A stretch of 63,761 bases of DNA, filler included, from Desulfonatronovibrionaceae bacterium (lineage in GTDB: Bacteria > Desulfobacterota > Desulfovibrionia > Desulfovibrionales > Desulfonatronovibrionaceae), in assembly GCA_046539845.1 (NCBI GenBank). It is 3 parts of 3 records of this genome, joined end to end, with 100 filler letters (N's around TTAATTAATTAA, not from the genome) between each part and the next. Parts side by side here need not be neighbours in the genome. Positions count along the whole stretch, not along the records: positions 1 to 26,105 come from JBKHGE010000032.1; 2 more parts are not named here. The stretch is one strand, 5' to 3'. Under the pieces are notes generated by a model. That model did no database searches and was not told the DNA's origin. It saw only the letters and a program-made list of their open reading frames with translations. Of the stretch, positions 1-10,013 are shown one piece after another. The translations under genes were made by a program, and so were the position numbers. Position 1 is the stretch's first letter; every line of letters begins with the position of its first letter.

Positions 1-87
1 GCCAAGATAGAAAAGCAATTGCAACAGGGCAAAAAATAAAAGCTCATATTTTAATAAACAAACCTTAAATAAAACAGGTCCTATGTG

Positions 88-1449
88 ATGCCAGCGAATA
101 TCCCTCCCTGTATCCTGACCATTGCCGGTTCTGATTCCGGAGGCGGAGCCGGGATTCAGGCCGATCTGAAGACTATTACTGTCCTGGGCGGGTACGGCCT
201 GTCCGTCTTAACCGCTCTTACCGCCCAGAACACCCTGGGAGTACAGGCCATCCACGCGGTTCCGGAAGATTTTGTCCGCAAGCAGCTGGATTCTGTGCTC
301 TCAGATTTCCCTGTCCAGGCGGCCAAGACCGGGATGCTTTTTTCGGAAAAAATTATCCGCACTGTGGCAGAGAAGTTACAAGACAGGCAATTCCCCCTGG
401 TGGTCGACCCGGTGTGCATGAGCCAGTCCGGTGATAAACTGCTCGAGGACCGGGCGATAAAGGCCCTGCTGGAAGATATTGTCCCCCGGGCGGACCTGAT
501 TACCCCCAATCGGCCGGAGGCCGAGCTTTTGACCAAAATCAGGATCGATAATGACCAGGACATCCGGTCCGCAGCGCAGGAATTTTTATCCATGGGCTGC
601 CGGGCGGTACTAATAAAGGGAGGGCACTTTGACCGGGATATGGTCCGGGACTGGCTATTCACTCCTGGCCAGGAGCCGATCTGTATCCAAAAGGAGCGGA
701 TCCGCACTTCAAACACCCATGGGACGGGATGCACCCTGTCCGCCGCCCTGGCCGTGTTCCTGGCCCGGGAAACAGAGACTGCGGAAGCGGCCCGACGCTC
801 CAGGGAGTTCCTGCACCAGACACTCAGCGCAGCCTTTTCTCTGGGTTCCGGACAAGGACCAGTCAACCATCTGGCCGAGCAGAGCAGGCACCGGGCGTGC
901 AAAGAAGTCTTGCATACTCTGGAGACGCTCCGGGACCGCCTGGTCCTGGACACGGATATAGGGCCATTAATCCCGGAAGTGGGCATGAATATTGCTTTTA
1001 GCCCCCCCTGGCCCCGCAGTCCGAAAGACATAGCCGCATTCGACGGACGAATAAGGCGGACCAAAAGCGGACGGCTCATAGCGGGCTGCCCTTCCTTCGG
1101 CTCTTCCTCGCATATGGCCAAAGTCCTGCTCTCGGCCCGAAGACTGAATCCAAAGATCCACTGCGCGGCCAACATCCGTTTCAGCGAAAGGATACTGAGC
1201 GCAGCGAACGAACTGCGTCTGCCTCTGGCCTGGTTCGATCGGGCTGACGAGCCGCGCGATGTCAAGGAAAAAGAGGGCTCAAGCCTAGAATGGGGCACCC
1301 TGCGGGCCCTAGAGGGGCACAAATCACCGGCCACAGTAAAAATAGTGGCTGACCGGGGAGAGGCGGGCAAGGAAGCAATGCTCCGGGTCCTGGCTCAGGA
1401 TGTAGATGAACTTGACTTGTTGCTTACAAAATTATCCCGGATGGCTTAA
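88..1449 (+). CDS. thiD: HMP/HMP-P kinase fused to a C-terminal ThiN-type thiamine-phosphate synthase domain (ThiDN)
   Basis: N-terminal LTIAGSDSGGGAGIQADLKT, TPNRPEAE and HGTGCTLS (ThiD). C-terminal ~180 aa with IPEVGMNI, FGSSSHMA, FDRADEP..KEGSSLEWG and DRGEAGKE (ThiN-like). Start is ATG 88 or GTG 85. Confidence 0.9.
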   Translation: MPANIPPCILTIAGSDSGGGAGIQADLKTITVLGGYGLSVLTALTAQNTLGVQAIHAVPEDFVRKQLDSVLSDFPVQAAKTGMLFSEKIIRTVAEKLQDRQFPLVVDPVCMSQSGDKLLEDRAIKALLEDIVPRADLITPNRPEAELLTKIRIDNDQDIRSAAQEFLSMGCRAVLIKGGHFDRDMVRDWLFTPGQEPICIQKERIRTSNTHGTGCTLSAALAVFLARETETAEAARRSREFLHQTLSAAFSLGSGQGPVNHLAEQSRHRACKEVLHTLETLRDRLVLDTDIGPLIPEVGMNIAFSPPWPRSPKDIAAFDGRIRRTKSGRLIAGCPSFGSSSHMAKVLLSARRLNPKIHCAANIRFSERILSAANELRLPLAWFDRADEPRDVKEKEGSSLEWGTLRALEGHKSPATVKIVADRGEAGKEAMLRVLAQDVDELDLLLTKLSRMA

Positions 1450-1506
1450 GCGACTCGGGGAGTTTTCCTTATTTGCTGAAAAACCGGTTCCGGATGCCGA
1501 CTATAT

Positions 1507-1535
1507 TTGCCCTTAAACGGTAAGAGTGGTATAAG
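1507..1535 (+). promoter_or_regulatory. putative sigma70 promoter
   Basis: TTGCCC-17 bp-TATAAG with an extended -10 TG, ~30 bp before the ATG at 1567. Confidence 0.5.
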
Positions 1536-1566
1536 GTTAGGCAAACAATAAAACGGGGGTGAAATA

Positions 1567-1902
1567 ATGGCGTCCAAGTGCGAAGAATTGCGGAAGATTT
1601 TTGATTCCTGCACCTGGGAGAAAAAATATCTGAATCAGCTCCCGGAAAACGAGGATGATATCAGGTATTCCTGGACCGAAGAGGACGCGGAGTACGCCCG
1701 GCCTTTTTTCAGCACCGGCCTGTTGCAGGAAGAGACGTCAGCGGTAACAAGGAGCCTATATCTGGGCGAAGACCCGCAGAGCAAGGCCTGGAGGCTATGT
1801 GTGTGCGAAGTTACCGACCCGGGGTTCGACACCAAGGAAGTCGCCCGGGGGATCGTGCACATGATGGACATCTCCAAGGTGGTGGACAAAGACAAACACT
1901 AA
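1567..1902 (+). CDS. hypothetical protein (111 aa, acidic)
   Basis: ORF with GGGGGTG RBS and an upstream promoter; fills the gap convergent with proC; no family recognised. Confidence 0.7.
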   Translation: MASKCEELRKIFDSCTWEKKYLNQLPENEDDIRYSWTEEDAEYARPFFSTGLLQEETSAVTRSLYLGEDPQSKAWRLCVCEVTDPGFDTKEVARGIVHMMDISKVVDKDKH

Positions 1903-1926
1903 TCTGAACGAAATTTAGCAGCTGGA

Positions 1927-2721
1927 TCAGGACCCGATTTCCCGGCTTTTGTCCCGAGCCCGGATTACCGCCTGGATAAAAGCGGATTTTACCCGCCTGC
2001 GGTCCAGTTCGTTCAGGCCGATGATGGTCGTGCCCGCCGGGGAGCTCACCTGCTCCTTGAGAAGAACCGGGTGACCCCCTTGGCTTTTGAGCATGGTCAC
2101 ACTCCCGGAAACCAGGGAGGTGACCATGGAAGTGGCCTTGTCTCTGGGCAATCCCAGGGTCACCCCGGCCTCAATGAGACTCTCCATAAAATAGTAGACA
2201 TACGCCGGCCCGGAGCCGATAAGGGCGGTAAAGGCGTCAAAATGTTCCTCGGGAAGGACATGAACGTCCCCGAGTCGGCTGAAAAAAGCAGTCAAAAACT
2301 CCTTTTTGTCTTCCCCCAGTCTTTCATCCTCCAGGCACAGGGCAAATACCCCCTGCCCGACCAAGGTGGGGGTATTGGGCATTACCCGGACCACGGGGCA
2401 GGCCCGTCCGCAGGCCTCGGCGATCCGGGACATACGGATCCCTGCGGCAACCGAGACCAAGCATTTGTCCGCATCCAAAGCCGGAGATACCTCCCGGGTC
2501 ACAGCGGATATCAGGCCGGGTTTCACCGCCAGGATCAGGTATTGGCTCTTCTCGGCCACAGTCAAAGGATCCGGATCCTGGGCGACTGCCTCCAGCCTAT
2601 TGAACCTGTCCGGGTCCGGATCATAACCGCGGACCTTGATGTCTGCAAACGGGACCAAGCCCTCGGCAATAGCCCCGCCCATATTCCCCAGGCCGATAAT
2701 GCCTATATCCACCTGTTGCAT
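1927..2721 (-). CDS. proC: pyrroline-5-carboxylate reductase
   Basis: IGIIGLGNMG, LAVKP, VSVAAG, RVMPNTP, GSGPAY, VSSPAGTT. Confidence 0.96.
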   Translation of the reverse strand: MQQVDIGIIGLGNMGGAIAEGLVPFADIKVRGYDPDPDRFNRLEAVAQDPDPLTVAEKSQYLILAVKPGLISAVTREVSPALDADKCLVSVAAGIRMSRIAEACGRACPVVRVMPNTPTLVGQGVFALCLEDERLGEDKKEFLTAFFSRLGDVHVLPEEHFDAFTALIGSGPAYVYYFMESLIEAGVTLGLPRDKATSMVTSLVSGSVTMLKSQGGHPVLLKEQVSSPAGTTIIGLNELDRRRVKSAFIQAVIRARDKSREIGS

Positions 2722-2726
2722 ATCGC

Positions 2727-3146
2727 TTAGTCCATAAGTTCCAGTTGGTTAAAAAAGAAAGCTATCTCCCGGGCTGCGTTTTCCTCTGAGTCTGAACCAT
2801 GCACGGAATTTTTCTCTATGTCCAGGGCGAATTGCTTGCGGATGGTCCCTTCGGCCGCTTCTTCCGGATTGGTCGCACCCATGAGCTTTCTGTATCTCTC
2901 CACTGCATTGTCCTGTTCCAGGACAGAGACCACCACCGGCCCGGAAGTCATAAACTCGGTTAAGCTCTGAAAAAAAGGCCGTTCCTTGTGTACCGCATAA
3001 AATTTCTCGGCCTGGCTCCCGGTCATCCGGATCATTTTCAGGCCCACGATTTTGAATCCATCCTCCTGGATCAGGCCCAGGATTTTCCCCTGCAGATTGC
3101 GGGAAGTGGCATCTGGCTTGATAATACTCAAAGTCCTCTGGCTCAT
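2727..3146 (-). CDS. ndk: nucleoside-diphosphate kinase
   Basis: [15 protein letters not shown], catalytic NSVHGSDS. Confidence 0.98.
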   Translation of the reverse strand: MSQRTLSIIKPDATSRNLQGKILGLIQEDGFKIVGLKMIRMTGSQAEKFYAVHKERPFFQSLTEFMTSGPVVVSVLEQDNAVERYRKLMGATNPEEAAEGTIRKQFALDIEKNSVHGSDSEENAAREIAFFFNQLELMD

Positions 3147-3306
3147 TTGATTTCCTCCCTTGGTTTATTTTTCCCTGCTCCTAATAGGATTGCCGGCAAA
3201 GGGCAAGATTTTATCCTTAGCCGCAGGCATTGCAGGTTTGCCTGTCCCGCGATAAAAGGATGTCTTTCCCAACCCGGGAGTAAAAAGACAAAAAAGGACA
3301 TACCGT

Positions 3307-4575
3307 ATGGATAAACTGATTATAGAGGGCGGGGCCAAACTGAACGGAAAAATCCGGATCAGCGGGTCGAAGAATGCGGCCCTGCCCATTCTCATGGCCG
3401 GAATAATGGCTGAAAACGGGGTGCGGATCCTGAATGTCCCGGGTCTGAAGGACATCTATACCACAGTCAAGCTTTTGACCATGCTCGGCTGCGAAGTGGA
3501 TCACGACCCAAATAGAGGCGAGGTGACTATCCGGCCGCAAAATATAGTCCCCGAGGCCCCGTACGATCTGGTCCGGACCATGCGCGCCTCTGTTCTGTGC
3601 CTGGGTCCCCTTCTTGGTCTTCTGGGGCTGGCCAAGGTGGCCATGCCCGGAGGCTGTGCCATAGGCTCCAGACCGGTGGACATGCATCTTAGGGCCCTGG
3701 AGCAGATGGGGGCGGAGTTCGAGCTTAAGGATGGATATATAATCGGCAGGTGTTCTGGACTCCGCGGGGCGCATATCCAATTCGACTTCCCCACTGTGGG
3801 GGGGACGGAAAATCTGATTATGGCCGCGGCCACCGCAGACGGGGAGACCGTTCTGGAAAACGCCGCCCGGGAGCCGGAAGTGGCTGACCTGTGCAATTTT
3901 TTGAATTGCTGCGGAGCGGAAATAAGCGGCCAGGGAACGAGTGTCTTGCGGATCACGGGAAAAAGCAGGTTATGTACGGATATAAGGCCTGAATACGCGG
4001 TCATGCCGGATCGCATTGAGGCCGGTACCTATATGGTGGCCGCGGGTATAACCAACGGAGAGCTTTTGCTGGAACAATGCCCGCTTAAGGCCCTGGATGC
4101 GGTTGTTTTCAAACTGCGGGAAATGGGCCTTGAGATTACCCCGGAAAACGACGGGGTCAGGGTCAGATGTTCGCATCCCCTTTGCGGCGTGGATGTGATG
4201 ACCCTGCCTTTTCCCGGTTTTCCCACGGACATGCAGGCCCAGATCATGGCCCTTATGACTGTGTCCAAGGGATCGGGAATAATCCAGGAAACCGTGTTCG
4301 AGAACCGGTTCATGCATGCCCTGGAGATGATTCGCATGGGGGCGAATATAAAACTCTCCGGGCAAAATGCCATGGTCCGGGGAGTGGAGCGCCTGAAAGG
4401 GGCTCCGGTCATGGCCTCAGATCTGCGGGCCAGTGCCGGGCTGGTCCTGGCCGGACTGGTTGCCGAGGGAAACACAGAGGTGCGCAGGATATATCACCTG
4501 GACCGGGGATATGAACGCATGGAAGAAAAACTAAAACTTGTCGGGGCCAAAATAAAAAGGACCGAAGACAAATAA
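3307..4575 (+). CDS. murA: UDP-N-acetylglucosamine 1-carboxyvinyltransferase
   Basis: [24 protein letters not shown] with catalytic Cys, [22 protein letters not shown]. Confidence 0.98.
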   Translation: MDKLIIEGGAKLNGKIRISGSKNAALPILMAGIMAENGVRILNVPGLKDIYTTVKLLTMLGCEVDHDPNRGEVTIRPQNIVPEAPYDLVRTMRASVLCLGPLLGLLGLAKVAMPGGCAIGSRPVDMHLRALEQMGAEFELKDGYIIGRCSGLRGAHIQFDFPTVGGTENLIMAAATADGETVLENAAREPEVADLCNFLNCCGAEISGQGTSVLRITGKSRLCTDIRPEYAVMPDRIEAGTYMVAAGITNGELLLEQCPLKALDAVVFKLREMGLEITPENDGVRVRCSHPLCGVDVMTLPFPGFPTDMQAQIMALMTVSKGSGIIQETVFENRFMHALEMIRMGANIKLSGQNAMVRGVERLKGAPVMASDLRASAGLVLAGLVAEGNTEVRRIYHLDRGYERMEEKLKLVGAKIKRTEDK

Positions 4576-4609
4576 AAAAGGCCGGGGATGCCCCCGGCCT
4601 TTTTTATTT
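4570..4609. terminator. bidirectional intrinsic terminator
   Basis: AAATAAAAAAGGCCGGGG-ATGC-CCCCGGCCTTTTTTATTT between convergent murA and the MCP gene. Confidence 0.9.
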
Positions 4610-4625
4610 ATATGTCTAAGGTGAT

Positions 4626-7097
4626 CTAGACCTTGGCCGCGTCATCAGCGGCGTCTTCCTGCTCTTCCTTTATATCTTTCATCTCCTGCACCAGTTTGTG
4701 CAGTTTCTGGGCCTGGGCGGCCAAATCGGAGATGGCCTGGGAGGACTGGCGCATCCCGTCCGCGGTTTCCGTGGATATCTTGTTGATCTCCTCCACGGCC
4801 TGGTTTATCTGCTCGCTGGCCGCGGACTGCTCCTCGGAAGCGGTGGCTATAGCCCGGATCTGGTCCGTGCTGTCCTTGACCAAAGAGACGATCTTGTTCA
4901 GGGCCTGTCCGGAATTGTCCGCCAGCTTGGTACTCTCCTCCACCGCGGAAGTGGCGTTTTCCGTTTCCTGCACGTTCTTCTGGGTGCTGTCCTGAATGTT
5001 GGAAATGGCCGACTCCACTTCCTTGGTCGCGGACATGGTCTTTTCCGCCAACTTGCGCACCTCGTCGGCGACGACCGCGAAACCGCGGCCGTGTTCCCCG
5101 GCCCGGGCCGCTTCAATGGCCGCGTTCAGGGCCAGGAGATTGGTCTGGTCGGCGATATCGTTAATGGTATTTATGATCTCGCCGATGGACTTGGCCTGTC
5201 CACTGAGCTCGTTCATATTCTCCCTGAGACTCCCGGTCATGGCATCGACGCGTTTAATGGCCTGGATGACCTGATTGACCACCTGAGCCCCTTCCTCGGC
5301 CTGCTGCCGGACCTGATCCGCGCCCTCGGCCGCATTGGAGGCGTTCCTGGCCACCTCCATGACCGTGGAGTTCATCTGCTCCATGGAGGTCGCGGTCTCA
5401 CCGGCGCGTTCATTCTGCTGCTCCGCGCCCCTGGTCGCCTGGTCTATCTGTGCGGAGAGCTCCTCTGAGGCGGAAGCGAGCAGGTCGGCCACTTCAGTCA
5501 GGGAATCCGCGGCCTTGGACAAGCGCTCGGCCTGGGTGCGCATGATTTCTTCATTCTGACGGATCTCGGTGATATCCTGGACAATCACGTTGGCTTCCAG
5601 GATTTCCCCATTACGGTCCGCAGTGGGGAAGGCAAAAATCTGGATGGTCTTTTCCTCTTTTTGCTTGTTGTGAAATGTGGCCTCGCCGGACCAGATCTTA
5701 CCCTGAGCGAGGACAATATCCTGGATCGGACCGCACACCGGACACTCATCCAAAGAGGAGTAGTTCAGGAACTCAAAACCGGTCATCTTGCCTATGACTT
5801 TGTCCGCGGGGTTGCCGGTCAATGCGCAGGCTGCGTCGTTTACATGGTTAATCTTCCTGTTGCCCGCGTTCAAGCTGAACATGGGAACGGAAATGCCCTT
5901 TTTGAACGACTCCAGGTAAAATACCCGGTCTTCGATCTCCCGGGCCATGTTGTTTATGGACCCGGCGGTCTTACCAATAATATCGTCTGCGCTGTAGTCA
6001 ATGCGTTTCTCGTAGTTGCCTTCGGCCATCTCCCCGCAGGCGGAGGAGATATTCTGCAGCGGCTTTATAAGGGACCTTATGACCAGATAGATAAGCAGGG
6101 CGGCCACTAGAAGGGATAATCCAACACTGGCTGCCGTGGTCCAGGCCAGAGTCTTGTCCATCCCGAAATACATGTCTTTCTTGCCCAGGCCGAAGGCCAG
6201 ATACCAGTCCCAGGGCTTGAAGTGGGCGACATAGGTGACCTTGTCCTCGCCCTGCCAGTCATAGCTGACCAGGCCGCTCTTGGTCTGGAGCATCTTTTCC
6301 CCGAAAGGAAAGTCGGTTAGGTTCTTTTCCGCCACTTCATCATTTGGATGATAGATGAATTCGCCTTTAGAGTTGAAAATAAACGGATAGCCCTTGCCCT
6401 TAACATTCATCCGGCCGAGCATGTTCTTCAGATCCGGGGTCACTATCTTCCGGCCCACGTACAGGACGGCCACTACATCCCCGTTTTTGTCCTTTAAGGG
6501 CTTGTACGCGGTCAGGTACCAGGCGTTTACCACATAGGCCTTGCCCCGGTAGGTTTCCCCGCGCATGACCGTTTTATATACCGGGCTGGAGGAGGGTATG
6601 TACGTACCCACGGCCCGTTCGCCGTTCAGTTTCTTTACATTGGTGGACACCCGCAAAAGCTTGTCCGGCAGGACCTGGAATATGGTCGCAGTCCCCCCGA
6701 CCATATCCTGGACCTGATCCACAAGCTCAAAATTATTGTTTATCTGCTGCCCGCCGATCTTGAGGGTAGGGATGTTCACCCTTTCGGACTCCTTGGTGAC
6801 CTGGTTGGTAATCCGGGTGTCAATGGTCTGTTCCTCGTCCAGGAGCGGAGTGCCCTGCCGACTGATTTCGCCCTGCATGAGCTTTAAATCAGAGTCAATT
6901 TTCTCCTGCAGGACGTCATTTTCCATATCCAGAAAATCTTCCAGTTGAACCACTGTATTCTTGACGATGTCCTCGCCCAGGGCAAACTGGGAATCGCTTA
7001 TCTTCCAGAAGGTCAACCCGGAAGTAATCAAGATGGTTAAAAGGACCACCCCGAAAAAACTGATAAGCAGCTTGCTTGAAAAGCGCATGGTGCGCAT
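4626..7097 (-). CDS. methyl-accepting chemotaxis protein (Cache sensor, HAMP, PAS-like, MCP signal domain)
   Basis: Two TM segments; Cache motifs ATIFQ..RVSTNV..GERAVGT and [49 protein letters not shown]. Confidence 0.96.
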   Translation of the reverse strand: MRTMRFSSKLLISFFGVVLLTILITSGLTFWKISDSQFALGEDIVKNTVVQLEDFLDMENDVLQEKIDSDLKLMQGEISRQGTPLLDEEQTIDTRITNQVTKESERVNIPTLKIGGQQINNNFELVDQVQDMVGGTATIFQVLPDKLLRVSTNVKKLNGERAVGTYIPSSSPVYKTVMRGETYRGKAYVVNAWYLTAYKPLKDKNGDVVAVLYVGRKIVTPDLKNMLGRMNVKGKGYPFIFNSKGEFIYHPNDEVAEKNLTDFPFGEKMLQTKSGLVSYDWQGEDKVTYVAHFKPWDWYLAFGLGKKDMYFGMDKTLAWTTAASVGLSLLVAALLIYLVIRSLIKPLQNISSACGEMAEGNYEKRIDYSADDIIGKTAGSINNMAREIEDRVFYLESFKKGISVPMFSLNAGNRKINHVNDAACALTGNPADKVIGKMTGFEFLNYSSLDECPVCGPIQDIVLAQGKIWSGEATFHNKQKEEKTIQIFAFPTADRNGEILEANVIVQDITEIRQNEEIMRTQAERLSKAADSLTEVADLLASASEELSAQIDQATRGAEQQNERAGETATSMEQMNSTVMEVARNASNAAEGADQVRQQAEEGAQVVNQVIQAIKRVDAMTGSLRENMNELSGQAKSIGEIINTINDIADQTNLLALNAAIEAARAGEHGRGFAVVADEVRKLAEKTMSATKEVESAISNIQDSTQKNVQETENATSAVEESTKLADNSGQALNKIVSLVKDSTDQIRAIATASEEQSAASEQINQAVEEINKISTETADGMRQSSQAISDLAAQAQKLHKLVQEMKDIKEEQEDAADDAAKV

Positions 7098-7264
7098 GGG
7101 GTCAACTCCTTGTGTGGTTAGAGATTAATTTCCACTTTGTTTTATACATTATAAAATTTAATACCAAAAAACAAGCAGATAACTTAAAAAAAACGCCATC
7201 CATAGAAAAGGAAGGGGAAAGTCAATCGTATACGCGATAAAATCAAGCGGGATTTATAACCGGC

Positions 7265-7729
7265 TTAGTTGTGGTAGGGAAAATTGCGGATTATGGCCGC
7301 GGCCCGGAATATCTGCTCCAAAAGCATCACCCGGGCCAGCTCATGGGGAAAGGTCATGGGGCTTAGGGAAAGGACAAGGTCGGATTTTTGCTTGAGCTTT
7401 ATTGATGGGCCGTAAGGCCCGGGGAGGAGAAAACAGGGGATTTTTCCGGGCATTTCCAGCCAAGCGGACAGGGCGGATGCAAACTCCCGGGTGGACATCT
7501 CTTTCCCGTGTTCGGAAAGGAGGATCAGAAAGTCCCGGCTCGTAACCCGGGAGAGGATGTCGCGTCCCTCGCAGGCGATTTTCTGCTTAACATCGCGGCT
7601 GGAGGAATCCTTTATCTCTGTTTCCTGCAGGGGGAAAAACCTATCTATTCCCTTGCGGTAGTGTGTGCATCCCTGCCGAGCGAACTCCTGTTTAAGTTTG
7701 CCCGTGTAAATACATTTTATTTCCAGCAT
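7265..7729 (-). CDS. rlmH: 23S rRNA pseudouridine-1915 N3-methyltransferase
   Basis: LSLSPMTFPHELARVMLLEQIFRA..FPYHN. Confidence 0.93.
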   Translation of the reverse strand: MLEIKCIYTGKLKQEFARQGCTHYRKGIDRFFPLQETEIKDSSSRDVKQKIACEGRDILSRVTSRDFLILLSEHGKEMSTREFASALSAWLEMPGKIPCFLLPGPYGPSIKLKQKSDLVLSLSPMTFPHELARVMLLEQIFRAAAIIRNFPYHN

Positions 7730-7780
7730 GTAGACATCATCCGGGATTTTTCCCCGACAGAGATAAATAAGCTCGTAATA

Positions 7781-9856
7781 TCAAGCCAAAATGCGGCCGA
7801 TACGCTCGCTTATGGAGGTCAGGTCCGGACACACAGTATATCCGGTGTCGTGCATCTTTTTAAGCTTGCCCTCGATCCCGGCCTCATCTTCCAGAATGGC
7901 CCCGGCGTGTCCCAGCCGTTTTCCCGGGGGAGCGGTCTGTCCGGCAATAAACCCGAAAAGAGGGCGGTCAAATCCTTTTTGTTGCAAATATTCGCCCAGT
8001 TCCTCCTCGGCCCGGCCGCCGATTTCCCCCAAAACAAGCAGGGCCTTTGTGGCCGGATCATCGAGCAAAAGCCCGGCTATATCCTTAAAGGAGGAGCCCA
8101 CGAAAGGATCCCCGCCGATCCCGATGCACGCGGACTGGCCTATGCCCGCCCGGGTCAGGCGGAAAACGCTTTCATAGGTAAGGGTCCCGCTGCGGGACAA
8201 GACAGCCACCGGTCCCGGGGTAAACACGTCTCCGGGCATGATCCCGATCTTTATCCGCCCGGGAATGATCATCCCCGGAGTATTCGGGCCTATAAGCCGG
8301 GTGCCTGTTCCAGCAAGCTGCTGTCTTACCCGGAGCATTTCCTGTTGAGGAATGCCCTCGGTTATGCACACCACCCATTTTATCCCCGCGTCCGCGGCCT
8401 CCAGGATTGCGTCCGTAGCCAAGGCCGGGGGGACGAAAATGATGGAAGCGCCTATCTTTTGTTCGCGGCAGGCCTCTTTTACCGTATTATACACCGGAAT
8501 CCCGTGCACATCCGTGCCGCCCTTGAACGGAGTCACCCCGGCCTTTACCCGGGTTCCGTAATCAAGCATCATCCGGGTATGGAGCATGCCTTCCTTCCCG
8601 GTTATCCCCTGGACAAGTACTCCACAGTCATCCGGGAGCAATTTTTTTGAAGACTTTGTACTGTTTTGGATGCGGGAAAAATTTTGTTCCGGGAATTTCA
8701 GGTGCCGGAAACGGGATTCGGTCTGTCCGGATTTGTATTCGCAAAGCAGATCGATAGCTTGCGTGAGATCCTCGGCCAGACGCAGCCGGCCCGGATCGGC
8801 CTTACAGATTATGTCCCGGGCCTTATCGGACTCGAACCCGGAAAAGCGGACTATTATTTCCTTTTCCCCGGCACTGCTTTTCAAAACGGAACACATGGCC
8901 CGGGCTACCTTGGCGCAGGAAAGGATTCCTCCGAAAATATTGATAAATACCACCCGGACCGACTCATCCCGGCAAAGGATATCCAGGGCCCGGGACATTT
9001 TTTCTTCCGAGGCCCCGCCCCCCATATCCAGGAAGTTGGCCGCGGGCAAATCGGAGAAGTTTAAAAGATCCATGCTGGCCATAGCCAACCCCGCTCCATT
9101 GACCATCAATCCGACAAATCCGTCCAGGCGATGAAAATTCAGTCCGGCCCGCTTGGCCTCCAATTCCACCGTATCCATATGCTCGGGGACAAAATAGCTT
9201 TCAAGCTCCGGAGCCAGGGCAAAATAATTGTCATCTATCTCCACCTTTCCGTCCAGGGCGATGAGGGTCTCATTCCGGTCCAGGACCAAAGGATTTATTT
9301 CAGCCAGGAGCAGACGCTTGTGCACAAAGATATTATACAGGGCAAAACAGGTCTCCGCCCATTTCTTGTATATGTCCTTTTTCAGATCCAGATGGAAAAA
9401 GGCCTGGCGCAGCTGGTAGGAAGACAGTCCACGGCAGGGATCTATCTCCAAAAAGAGAAAGTTGTCCGCTCCGGTTTGTTCTATATCCACGCCCCCCTGC
9501 CGACCAACGGTCAGGGTTATGTTTTGCCGTTCCCGGTTAACGGAAAAAGAGACATAAAATTCCCTGTGGATGTCCGTGGCCTGTTCCACACGGACAAAGG
9601 GCACTGCCTCGCCCCGGATATGCATGTCCAGGATGCGCGCGGATTCCTTTGCCAACTCCGCGTGGTCCCGAACAATGCTTATCCCCCCGGCCTTGCCCCG
9701 GCCTCCGCTTAAGACCTGGGCCTTTACCGCCCAGGGAAAGTCAAAATCGGCATCAGCCGGGATGTTCTCCCTGTTTCCGGAGTACAAAAAACCGGGCGGT
9801 ACAATAATGCCCGCCCGGGAAAAGAGCTTTTTGCTCATGTGTTCATTTAATTTCAT
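7781..9856 (-). CDS. sucCD: fused succinyl-CoA ligase beta + alpha subunits
   Basis: Beta: VKAQVLSGGRGKAGG, EINPL, NGAGLAM, NIFGGI. Alpha: VQGITGKEG, IGPNTPG, SRSGTLTYE, GIGGD, GHAGA (phospho-His). Confidence 0.92.
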   Translation of the reverse strand: MKLNEHMSKKLFSRAGIIVPPGFLYSGNRENIPADADFDFPWAVKAQVLSGGRGKAGGISIVRDHAELAKESARILDMHIRGEAVPFVRVEQATDIHREFYVSFSVNRERQNITLTVGRQGGVDIEQTGADNFLFLEIDPCRGLSSYQLRQAFFHLDLKKDIYKKWAETCFALYNIFVHKRLLLAEINPLVLDRNETLIALDGKVEIDDNYFALAPELESYFVPEHMDTVELEAKRAGLNFHRLDGFVGLMVNGAGLAMASMDLLNFSDLPAANFLDMGGGASEEKMSRALDILCRDESVRVVFINIFGGILSCAKVARAMCSVLKSSAGEKEIIVRFSGFESDKARDIICKADPGRLRLAEDLTQAIDLLCEYKSGQTESRFRHLKFPEQNFSRIQNSTKSSKKLLPDDCGVLVQGITGKEGMLHTRMMLDYGTRVKAGVTPFKGGTDVHGIPVYNTVKEACREQKIGASIIFVPPALATDAILEAADAGIKWVVCITEGIPQQEMLRVRQQLAGTGTRLIGPNTPGMIIPGRIKIGIMPGDVFTPGPVAVLSRSGTLTYESVFRLTRAGIGQSACIGIGGDPFVGSSFKDIAGLLLDDPATKALLVLGEIGGRAEEELGEYLQQKGFDRPLFGFIAGQTAPPGKRLGHAGAILEDEAGIEGKLKKMHDTGYTVCPDLTSISERIGRILA

Positions 9857-9973
9857 GGCTTCCCCGAAAAGATGGGCCTGTAAAAAATATGCTCTTGCAG
9901 GCGGTGTTAAATTTTAAATTGAGATTCTCTAGGGAAATAAGCGGGTTGAAGAGTTCAAGCTATACATTAACCC

Positions 9974-10011
9974 CTGACTTTCGTCCATCTGTCCTCTGTC
10001 TTCCGTCCTCT
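9974..10011. repeat. degenerate heptamer tandem repeat
   Basis: CTGACTT TCGTCCAT CTGTCCT CTGTCTT CCGTCCT immediately after the lysA stop. Confidence 0.45.
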
Positions 10012-10013
10012 TT

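Noticed and set aside
1..87. TPP riboswitch upstream of thiD
   Set aside because: Short AT-rich stretch without the CTGAGA / CCTGA..GGGA core
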